NCBI GenBank assembly: GCA_964403875.1
Contig: CAYOHX010000007.1
Span: 3,842 to 67,841 of the forward strand
DNA from: an uncultured Anaerolinea sp.
Lineage (GTDB): Bacteria; Chloroflexota; Anaerolineae; Anaerolineales; Anaerolineaceae
DNA: 64,000 nucleotides
Direction: 5' to 3'
Made by a program: the position numbers and the translations under genes
In this document: positions 38,216-46,233 of the stretch, one piece after another
Position numbering within the stretch: position 1 is the first letter of the stretch
Layout: each line of letters opens with the position of its first letter
The notes under the pieces: model-generated
Database searches by the model: none
Told to the model about the DNA's origin: nothing
What the model saw: only the letters and a program-made list of their open reading frames with translations

Positions 38216-38872
38216 CTAGCGAGACTTGCCTTTGAACCGTTTGAAGCGGTTTTGAATATCCTTGATCACAGTTTTGATTTCCGCCAGGTCGCTTTCGCTG
38301 ACGTATTTGGCGAGTTCTGCGAGCAGCGCGGTGAGATCGGGCTCATAATAATAAAGTAATGTGGCTATGTCGTTTTCGTAAATGCCTGCTCTCGAAAATG
38401 ACCCTCTGCTGTATAAATATGGCAGCGCATAAAGTTTAAGCAGCAGTAAGCCTTCCACCGTAGCGATAGGAATATTCCGATCCAGAAGAGATTCGTTCTC
38501 GGAGTATTTGTCTTGCACCCTTTTGAAGATTGGGTTTTCTGTAAGCCAGATGTCAATTTGCAGCCCGTAATAATCCGCATGGATTACCTGAATGTCATCG
38601 TAGGTGTATTTTAGTTCGGGCAGTTCTTCCAACGAAGAAAATGCCATCAACAGGTCCAAATCCTGGGTATTTCGCCCTTCAACGTAGCGCAAAAGAGCAA
38701 TGCCGCCGACCAAAACGTACTCGACCTGGCGCTGTTCGAGAAGCGCGAATAAATCTTGCACGGTTTGAAGGAGAGAATCAGAATTCATCTTGTCCCCCGG
38801 CCAGTTTTTGGCATCGAAGACAACGGCGTTGCGAATTACCGTTCCGATTTGAGCACTACTTTCAATGGCCAT
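38216..38872 (-). CDS. Pol-beta-superfamily nucleotidyltransferase (AbiEii/DUF6036-like)
   Basis: YVLVGGIAL...RNTQDLDLL (GG...R.T.D.D) and LLLLKL motifs; AT-richer than its flanks. Confidence 0.7.
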   Translation of the reverse strand: MAIESSAQIGTVIRNAVVFDAKNWPGDKMNSDSLLQTVQDLFALLEQRQVEYVLVGGIALLRYVEGRNTQDLDLLMAFSSLEELPELKYTYDDIQVIHADYYGLQIDIWLTENPIFKRVQDKYSENESLLDRNIPIATVEGLLLLKLYALPYLYSRGSFSRAGIYENDIATLLYYYEPDLTALLAELAKYVSESDLAEIKTVIKDIQNRFKRFKGKSR

Positions 38873-38939
38873 TTTTTTGCTTTTGCAGCTTAAGTGTAGC
38901 AGAAAGTTGGCGCGTTGGTTTTACCAAGTTCTGATTTCT

Positions 38940-38970
38940 ATTCGCGGTCATTCGCGTGAATTCGCGGTTA
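38940..38970 (-). repeat. Array of 3 CGCGAAT units at 10-bp period starting at the miaA stop codon
   Basis: Minus strand TAACCGCGAATTCACGCGAATGACCGCGAAT. Confidence 0.85.
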
Positions 38971-39912
38971 GAACCCCCCTCTGATCAACTCCACAATCCC
39001 CTCCACCGGACTCGGGTCCGCCTGGAACCAGTGGATGGTGGGGTCTTCTTCGCGGAACCAGGCCCCCTGCTGGCGGACGTAGCGGCGGGTGAGGCGCTTG
39101 ATCTGCGTGACGGCCTCCTCCAGGCTCATTTCGCCGCGCAGGACGGCGGCCATTTCGCGGTAGCCGATGGCCGAGAGGGCGGGCGAATTGGGCGGGCAGC
39201 CGCGCTGCATCAGCCCGCGCACTTCGTTCAAGAAGCCGGCCTCCAGCATGGCCTGGATGCGGCGATCGACGCGGGCGTACAGCTCGGGGCGCGGGCGGGT
39301 CAGGCCGATCATCAGGACGCGGTAGGGCGGGGCGCTGCGCCCGCGCTGGGCCGAGAAGCGCTCGCCGGAATGCAGGACTGTTTCCAGGGCGCGGATGGTG
39401 CGGCGGACGTTGCGGGCGTCGATGAACCCGGCGGCTTCGGGGTCCAGCACCGCCAGGCGCTGGTGCAGGGCGTCGCCGCCGATTTCGGCGGCCCATTTTT
39501 CCAGTTCGGCGCGCAGGCGCGGGTCGGGCGGCTGAGAGGGGGGCTGCCAGCCTTCCAGCACAGCTTTCACATACTGGCCCGTGCCGCCGACCAGCAAGGG
39601 CAGCCTGCCGCGGGCGTGAATGGCGGCAATGGCCTCGGCGGCGGCCTGCTGGAACATAGTCAGGCTCCAGGTGCGCTCGGGGCCGGTCACGTCGATGAGG
39701 TGATGGGGCACGCGGGCCAACTCGGCGGGGGTGGGCTTGGCGGTGCCAATGTCCATGCCGCGGTAAAACAGGCGCGAATCGGCAGAGACGATTTCGCCGT
39801 TCAAGCGCTCGGCCACCTGCAGCGAGATTTCGGTCTTACCCACCGCGGTGGGGCCGACGATGGCTACCACGGGGGGCAGGTCAGCCGTTGAGGGCGTTTT
39901 CGAAGTGCTCAA
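38968..39912 (-). CDS. miaA: tRNA dimethylallyltransferase
   Basis: Motifs GPTAVGKT, SADSR, MDIGTAKP, HHLID, VGGTGQY and IGY.E. Confidence 0.95.
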   Translation of the reverse strand: MSTSKTPSTADLPPVVAIVGPTAVGKTEISLQVAERLNGEIVSADSRLFYRGMDIGTAKPTPAELARVPHHLIDVTGPERTWSLTMFQQAAAEAIAAIHARGRLPLLVGGTGQYVKAVLEGWQPPSQPPDPRLRAELEKWAAEIGGDALHQRLAVLDPEAAGFIDARNVRRTIRALETVLHSGERFSAQRGRSAPPYRVLMIGLTRPRPELYARVDRRIQAMLEAGFLNEVRGLMQRGCPPNSPALSAIGYREMAAVLRGEMSLEEAVTQIKRLTRRYVRQQGAWFREEDPTIHWFQADPSPVEGIVELIRGGF

Positions 39913-40252
39913 GGTGGGGTTCCTTCTCTCCGGGTTGCAGCAGGATGGCGATCACGTCCACCTGCCAGTCGGTTTCGGGCTCGTGGGCCAACCAGTAAGC
40001 CTGAATGGCCTGCAGGAGGTGTTTTTGCTTGGCCGGGGTGACGGCGGCTTCGGGCAGGCCGTAGCCGGCGCCGGTGCGGGCCTTGACCTCGACGAAGATG
40101 GTTAGATCGCCGCGGCGGGTAACCAGGTCAATCTCGCCGTAGGGAGTGCGCACGTTGCGTGCCAGGAGTTTGTCGCCGCGTTCTTGCAGGTAGCGGGCGG
40201 CGAAATCTTCGCCCCAACGGCCAATGCGCTGGCGGCGCAGGTCGGGACTCAC
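39881..40252 (-). CDS. YraN (UPF0102) family endonuclease-like protein
   Basis: Motifs GRWGE, GEIDLV, FVEVKAR and DVIAI. The GTG start at 40252 overlaps the upstream stop. Confidence 0.85.
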   Translation of the reverse strand: MSPDLRRQRIGRWGEDFAARYLQERGDKLLARNVRTPYGEIDLVTRRGDLTIFVEVKARTGAGYGLPEAAVTPAKQKHLLQAIQAYWLAHEPETDWQVDVIAILLQPGEKEPHLEHFENALNG

Positions 40253-41394
40253 GCGCGCCTCGCTTCGATCACGGCGCGGTATTCGTCCAGGAGCAGCCCG
40301 GCGGTGCGCTCGATGGCGTAATCCTGGGCCGATTGGCGCGCGGCGGCGCTGAGACCGGCGCGGGCTTCGGCGGAGCGGCAAAGCTCGGTGATTTGAGCGG
40401 CGAGGTTTTGCGGTTGGGTGTCTTGGGCCAGTAGGCCGTTCCAGCCGTGGCGGATGGTATCGGAGACACCGGGAGAGTGAATGCCGACCACGGGCAGCCC
40501 GGCGGCCAGGGCCTCGATGACGGTGAGGGGATGGACCTCGCTGACGGAGGCAGTCACGAAGGCATCTCCGGCGGCCAACAGGTTGGGAACCTGGTCATAC
40601 GAGAGCGGCCCGGTGAAGTGGACGCGACCGGCCAAGCCGGCCTGGTTGGCAATGGTTTCCAGGGTGGATTTTTCATTCCCGCCGCCGGCCAGCGCCAAAT
40701 GCGCGCGGGGGCAAGCAGCGGCGGCATCGACAAAAGCCTCGACGAGCAGACGCACGTTTTTTTCTTTGGTCAACCGCCCCACGAAGATGAGCAAGATATC
40801 TTCGGGGGAAGCGCTCAGACGTTCACGCCAGCCGGTGGGATCGCCACCGGCAAAGTAGGCCACGTCGATCCCGTTGGGAATGACCTTGAGAGGAGCTTTG
40901 ACTTTCAGACCGCGCAGCACATCGGCCAAACCCGCCGAGGGGGCTATGACCCGGTCCACGGCGTGGCAAAAGCGGGGCAGTGCCGTGGTCAAGTAAGCGC
41001 GGCCCAGAGCCGGGGGCAGAAAGGGCAGGTAGGCGCGCATGTACAGATCGTAGCGCGTGTGGTTGGTGAAGACGATGGGGATGTTGGCGCTGCGGGCTTC
41101 ACGCAGCGCGGCGGCTCCGCTGGCAAAGGGATGGTTGGTGTGCAAAATATCCACCTGGCGCATGGCGCGGCGGGCAGCGGCAGAAAAACTCAGGCCAAAG
41201 GCGTAGCCATTGGGCAAAACCAGCCCCTGAGTAGTGACCACGTTGGCTTCGCCGGGGTCAAAGCGCGGGTTGCCGAAGGAAAACACGCTGACGCTGTGGC
41301 CCATTTTTTCCAGCACTTGCTTGTTGAGAGCGATATAATGAGTTACCCCGCTGGTGTAGGGCTTATAGGTGTCGGCGACAAATCCGATGTGCAT
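40249..41394 (-). CDS. Glycosyltransferase family 4 (diacylglycerol glucosyltransferase-like)
   Basis: Motifs DTYKPYTSGV, HTRYD, PNGID, GRLTKEKN and EALAAGLPVV. Confidence 0.88.
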   Translation of the reverse strand: MHIGFVADTYKPYTSGVTHYIALNKQVLEKMGHSVSVFSFGNPRFDPGEANVVTTQGLVLPNGYAFGLSFSAAARRAMRQVDILHTNHPFASGAAALREARSANIPIVFTNHTRYDLYMRAYLPFLPPALGRAYLTTALPRFCHAVDRVIAPSAGLADVLRGLKVKAPLKVIPNGIDVAYFAGGDPTGWRERLSASPEDILLIFVGRLTKEKNVRLLVEAFVDAAAACPRAHLALAGGGNEKSTLETIANQAGLAGRVHFTGPLSYDQVPNLLAAGDAFVTASVSEVHPLTVIEALAAGLPVVGIHSPGVSDTIRHGWNGLLAQDTQPQNLAAQITELCRSAEARAGLSAAARQSAQDYAIERTAGLLLDEYRAVIEARRA

Positions 41395-41506
41395 GCGGAT
41401 AGTTTACCATCAATTGAAATCATGCTACACTAACGGCAATAGATTTCGTCGTTTGGAACTGCTCCCGCGATTCCAAACGCAACGAAGTAATGCTATGGAG
41501 GAGTGA

Positions 41507-42667
41507 ATGCCCGCAGCTGAGATCATTACAATCGGGACCGAACTGCTGTTAGGGGAAATTCAAGACACCAACACCCGCTACCTGGCGCGCACGCTGCGGG
41601 ATGTGGGCGTGGACTTGTATCGCACCACCGTGGTGGGGGATAACGTGGAGCGCATTGCCGGGGTCATTCGCGAGGCGTTGGGTCGCTGTCAGATCATCCT
41701 CACCACCGGCGGGCTGGGCCCCACCGTGGACGACCCGACTCGCGAGGCGGTGGCGCGCGCCCTGGGCGTGCCGACTGTCTTTCTGCCGGAACTGTGGGAG
41801 CAAATCTTGGAGCGCTTTCAACGGTACGGACGGCTGGCCTCAGAAAACAACCGCCGCCAGGCGTATGTGCCCCAGGGGGCCATTCCGGTGGAAAACCCGG
41901 TCGGTACCGCGCCGGCTTTCATTTGCGAGGTGGGCGAGGCCTGCGTCATCTGCGTGCCGGGCGTGCCGCGGGAGATGGAATACCTCATTGAACACGTGGT
42001 CATTCCTTATCTGACAGAGCACTATGCGCTTTCGGGAACGATCAAAGCTCGCGTGCTGCACGCGGCGGGAATCGGGGAATCGGTGGTAGACGATTTGATT
42101 GGCGACCTGGAAAAGCTTTCGAATCCTACGGTGGGGCTGCTGGCCCACCCTGGGCAGGTGGATGTGCGCATTACGGCTAAAGCCGGGTCGGTAGACGAGG
42201 CTGACCAGATGATCCAGGGCGTGGAGGCCACGGTTCGCGAGCGGCTGGGCGAGGCCATCTATGGCGCGGATGGAGAGACCCTGGAGAGTGTGCTGGCACA
42301 AGAATTAGCCCGCCGGGGTTGGGGGCTGGCGGTGTTAGAGTGCAACCTGGGTGGCGATTTGCGCGCTCGATTGGCGCGGGCGAATTTGCCTGAGGAACGC
42401 GTGGTGGTGGAGGAGGGCGAATGCCCCGGCGAAGGAGTGGAAGCACGCCTGACCGCGATGATGCGCGAAATGGGCGTTGAGGTCGGGTTGGCGGTCAGAT
42501 TGCGCCCTGGCGCTGAACGGCAAAGTTTGACTTTGCTGGCTCGGCTCCCGCAGGGGGAAGAGAAGTCCGAGCGTTCTTATGGTGGACCTCCCGCATTAGG
42601 AGTTTCCTGGGCAGTGCATAACGCGTTAGACTTTCTACGGCGGACCTTAAGAAAGGAAGCAGAATGA
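41507..42667 (+). CDS. cinA: CinA-like protein (COG1058 molybdopterin-binding-like domain, degenerate PncC domain)
   Basis: Motifs IGTELLLGEIQDTN, TGGLGPTVDD, GTAP and PGVPREM. Confidence 0.85.
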   Translation: MPAAEIITIGTELLLGEIQDTNTRYLARTLRDVGVDLYRTTVVGDNVERIAGVIREALGRCQIILTTGGLGPTVDDPTREAVARALGVPTVFLPELWEQILERFQRYGRLASENNRRQAYVPQGAIPVENPVGTAPAFICEVGEACVICVPGVPREMEYLIEHVVIPYLTEHYALSGTIKARVLHAAGIGESVVDDLIGDLEKLSNPTVGLLAHPGQVDVRITAKAGSVDEADQMIQGVEATVRERLGEAIYGADGETLESVLAQELARRGWGLAVLECNLGGDLRARLARANLPEERVVVEEGECPGEGVEARLTAMMREMGVEVGLAVRLRPGAERQSLTLLARLPQGEEKSERSYGGPPALGVSWAVHNALDFLRRTLRKEAE

Positions 42668-44628
42668 AAACGGTGGATTTGTTGTTGACTCATGCGCATG
42701 TGTTGACCATGGACGAATCTCTCAATCAATATGAGGATGGGGCGGTGGCTGTGGCGGGCGATTCGATCGTAGCGGTTGGCCCCAGCGCCGAACTGGAAGC
42801 GCTTTATCAGGCGACTGAAACTGTGGATTGCTCGGGCAAGGTGTTGATGCCCGGGTTGGTCAATGCGCACACGCACGTGCCCATGACCCTGTTGCGCGGG
42901 CTGGCAGACGACTTGCGCCTGGATGTCTGGTTGATGGGCTATATGATGCCGGTGGAACGCGAGTTCGTTTCGCCGGACTTTGTGCGCCTGGGGACATTGT
43001 TGGCCTGCGCTGAGATGATCCGCAGCGGGATCACCAGCTTCGCGGATATGTATTACTTTGAAGAGGACGTTGCCAAGGCCACCGCCGAAGCCGGGATGCG
43101 CGCCGTATGCTCGCAGACCGTGCTGAAGTTCCCCAGTCCCGATGCTGGTTCTTACGAAGAATCGCTGGGGTTGGCGCGGGAGTTCATCCAACGCTGGAAG
43201 GGCCATCCCCTGATCGTTCCCTCGGTGGCCCCCCACGCCCCTTATACCTGCACGCCTGAAATCTTGGCGGCAACGGCGGCGCTTGCGGTGGAATTCGATG
43301 TGCCGCTGCACACGCACATTTCGGAGACAGTCCAGGAAGTGGAAAACATGCGCCACGAACATGGAATGCCGGTGGTTCCGTACGTCAAGAAGCAAGGGTT
43401 GTTAGAGGCCAAGGTTCTGGCGGCGCACTGCGTGCATATTGACGAGGGAGAGATGCGTACCTTGCTGCATGCCGGCGCGGGCGTGGCCCACAACCCGTCA
43501 TCCAACCTCAAGCTGGCTTCAGGTATTGCACCCGTGACGCGCATGTTGGAAACGGGGCTCAACGTGGGCATTGGCACGGATGGGCCCGCCTCCAACAACG
43601 ACCTGGACATGTTTGAGGAGATGCGGTTGGCGGCTTTTATTGCCAAGGGCGGCAGCGGCGACCCCACGGCTCTGCCCGCGGTTCAGGCGGTGCTGATGGC
43701 CACGCGCGTGGGCGCGCAAGCCATGCACATTGGCGATATCACCGGTTCGTTGGCGGCGGGAAAACGCGCTGATTTGATCCTGGTAGATATTTCACCTTTG
43801 CACAATGCGCCGCGGTTCCGCCGCGATCCCAATGGGGCTTATGCCCAACTGGTGTATGCAGCCAAGTCGCACGACGTGAGCGACGTGATGGTGAATGGAT
43901 GCTGGCTGATGCGAGATCACGAGTTGCTGACCGTACGCGAGGCGGAGCTGTTGCAGGCCGGGCAGGAATATGCTCAAAAAATCGACGCCTTTTTGATCCA
44001 GCGCGAGCAGTCGCTGCTTTCCAAGTTGATTGCTATTGGCGGGGCCAGCGAAGAGGAGAGCTTTGAGATCCAAATCAAAGCGCCCATCCCCGAGCGCGAC
44101 ACGCTCCTTGATGCACTCAACCGTCCCGAGATTAAGATTATGCGCAAACGGCACTACCGGGAGTATGACACCTATTTCCATTTTGCCGAGCCAGAAACCA
44201 GCCTGCTGCGTTTCCGCGAAGATCATTTTGTGGATGAGAAGGGTAACGTGACCAACGTGCGCTCGCGGCTGACCTTGCTGGGGGCGCACGAACACCAAAT
44301 GGAACAGGTGGTGCTGTCGCGGGTGCGCTATTTTGCCCCCGCCGCCCACAGCCTGCGCTTCTACCGTGAGTACTTCAAGCCGGATAGCGAGGTGGAGGTG
44401 GAGAAAGATCGCTTGCGCTACCTGGTGGTCTATAAGGAGACCGAGTTCTTTATCAATATTGACCAGGTCAACCGCCCTGCGTTGGGCTGCTTTGTCGAGA
44501 TTAAGACCCGCACCTGGAGCCGCAAGGATGCCCGCCGCAAGGCCGAACTGGCCAAAGATTTGATGGCGTTTTTGGGCGCTGACCTGGAACAGACCACCCT
44601 GGACGATTACCTCGACATGGTAAAATGA
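42664..44628 (+). CDS. Amidohydrolase (MTA/SAH deaminase-like) fused to C-terminal CYTH-like domain
   Basis: Deaminase motifs NAHTH, HTHISET, AHCVH and GTDGPASNNDLD. C-terminal EIQIK, YDTYF, LRFRE, EKDR and FVEIK. Confidence 0.85.
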   Translation: MKTVDLLLTHAHVLTMDESLNQYEDGAVAVAGDSIVAVGPSAELEALYQATETVDCSGKVLMPGLVNAHTHVPMTLLRGLADDLRLDVWLMGYMMPVEREFVSPDFVRLGTLLACAEMIRSGITSFADMYYFEEDVAKATAEAGMRAVCSQTVLKFPSPDAGSYEESLGLAREFIQRWKGHPLIVPSVAPHAPYTCTPEILAATAALAVEFDVPLHTHISETVQEVENMRHEHGMPVVPYVKKQGLLEAKVLAAHCVHIDEGEMRTLLHAGAGVAHNPSSNLKLASGIAPVTRMLETGLNVGIGTDGPASNNDLDMFEEMRLAAFIAKGGSGDPTALPAVQAVLMATRVGAQAMHIGDITGSLAAGKRADLILVDISPLHNAPRFRRDPNGAYAQLVYAAKSHDVSDVMVNGCWLMRDHELLTVREAELLQAGQEYAQKIDAFLIQREQSLLSKLIAIGGASEEESFEIQIKAPIPERDTLLDALNRPEIKIMRKRHYREYDTYFHFAEPETSLLRFREDHFVDEKGNVTNVRSRLTLLGAHEHQMEQVVLSRVRYFAPAAHSLRFYREYFKPDSEVEVEKDRLRYLVVYKETEFFINIDQVNRPALGCFVEIKTRTWSRKDARRKAELAKDLMAFLGADLEQTTLDDYLDMVK

Positions 44629-44746
44629 AACGATTCTACGCTACGAAGCCGAGATAATTGCCGAGTTCTGCTCAGGCAGAACAGGATTAAACGAAATTTC
44701 GGATCGAGGATTTGCCTGAGCGATCATCAGGAGAGGAGGGAAGGGA

Positions 44747-46216
44747 ATGGCTGCTTCTGAACCCATCCGAGTGCTGTTTGCCGGGGCCGAGGCTGCGCCG
44801 TTGGTCAAAGTCGGCGGCCTGGGAGATGTAGCCGGGGTGCTGCCGTCCATTCTTCCAAGGTTGTCCGAGTCTGCGCGGGAGGGCAGGACGCTGGATGTGC
44901 GCGTGGTCATTCCCTACCATCCCACCATTCCCCGCGACACCCCCACTATCCGCCCGCTGCTCAAGTACAAGACACGCTTCTCCGGTGGCGCAATCGACAC
45001 GCAGGTGTACCAAACGGAGTTGAATGGCATCATAACCTACCTGATCGACGGCGAGCCCATTCCGAAGCAGGGCGGGGTGTATAACATCGATACGCAAAAG
45101 GACGGGCGCAAGTTCACCTTCTTCTCGCTGGCGCTGTTACAACTGCCGAAAGCTTTGAAGTGGCCTGTCGACATCTTGCATGCGCAGGATTGGCACGTGG
45201 GCGTGGCGGTTCACATGCTGGCGGAACTGCGCAAAACCGACCGTTTCTATGCCGGCACGCGGAGTGTGTTCACCGTACACAATTTGCCCTACATGGGCGC
45301 GGGAACCGACCAGGCCATGCGCGAGTTTGGTATTCCCGAAAACACCGACCCGCGACTGCCGGATTGGGGTCATTACCAGCCGCTGCCCATGGCGCTCTCG
45401 GCAGCCGACATCATCACCACGGTTTCGCCAACCTACAGCCGCGAAATCCTGACCCCAGAGTTCGGCTGTGGCCTGGAGGGCTTTTTGCAGGAGCGCTCCG
45501 ACAGCCTGGTGGGCATTCTCAATGGAATCGATCTGGAGTCTATCAACCCGGCTACTGACCGGGCCCTGGCGCAAAACTTTGACCTCGAGCATCTAGCCAG
45601 CCGCTCGGCCAACAAGCAAGCCTTATTGGCGGAGGTGGGGTTGGATTCGAGCAAAGATCTGCCCTTGTTGATCTTGATTAGCCGCATGGACCACCAGAAG
45701 GGTGTGGACCTGGCCGTCGGCGCGCTGGCGGAGATTACAGATTTGCCCTGGCAGGCCATCCTGTTGGGCACGGGTGAGCCAGGGCTAGAGGAGATGAGCC
45801 GCCAGTTGGAAGCCAATTTGCCCGAGCGCGTCCGCGCCGTGATTCGCTTTGACGCGGCCTTCTCACGGCGCATGTACGCGGGGGGGGATATGTTACTGAT
45901 GCCGTCGCGGTATGAACCGTGCGGTTTGGCGCAGATGATGGCCATGCGGTATGGCTGCCTGCCGGTCGCCAGCGCCACCGGTGGGCTACGCGACACGATA
46001 AGCGACCAATCCGATCCCGCAGAAAGCAGCGGCTTCCTGTTTGAGGGCGCGACGATGCAAGCTCTGGCTGGCACTTTGCGGCGCGCGTTGGCTGAATATG
46101 GAGACCAGGAGGGATGGGCTGCCCGGCGTAAATTCGCCATGCAGCAAATCTTCTCCTGGGAGCGGTCGGGACAGGAATATATGCGTCTGTATTTGCGTTT
46201 GATCAACCCATCTTGA
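44747..46216 (+). CDS. glgA: Glycogen synthase
   Basis: Motifs KVGGLGDV, HAQDWH, TVHN, QKG and PSRYEPCGL. Confidence 0.93.
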   Translation: MAASEPIRVLFAGAEAAPLVKVGGLGDVAGVLPSILPRLSESAREGRTLDVRVVIPYHPTIPRDTPTIRPLLKYKTRFSGGAIDTQVYQTELNGIITYLIDGEPIPKQGGVYNIDTQKDGRKFTFFSLALLQLPKALKWPVDILHAQDWHVGVAVHMLAELRKTDRFYAGTRSVFTVHNLPYMGAGTDQAMREFGIPENTDPRLPDWGHYQPLPMALSAADIITTVSPTYSREILTPEFGCGLEGFLQERSDSLVGILNGIDLESINPATDRALAQNFDLEHLASRSANKQALLAEVGLDSSKDLPLLILISRMDHQKGVDLAVGALAEITDLPWQAILLGTGEPGLEEMSRQLEANLPERVRAVIRFDAAFSRRMYAGGDMLLMPSRYEPCGLAQMMAMRYGCLPVASATGGLRDTISDQSDPAESSGFLFEGATMQALAGTLRRALAEYGDQEGWAARRKFAMQQIFSWERSGQEYMRLYLRLINPS

Positions 46217-46233
46217 TCGAAAAGGAAGGTACT

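Noticed and set aside
37095-38970. CGAAT arrays read as a CRISPR array or classical integron attC sites
   Set aside because: There are no ~30-bp repeats with unique spacers, no cas genes, and no RYYYAAC...GTTRRRY hairpin or intI.
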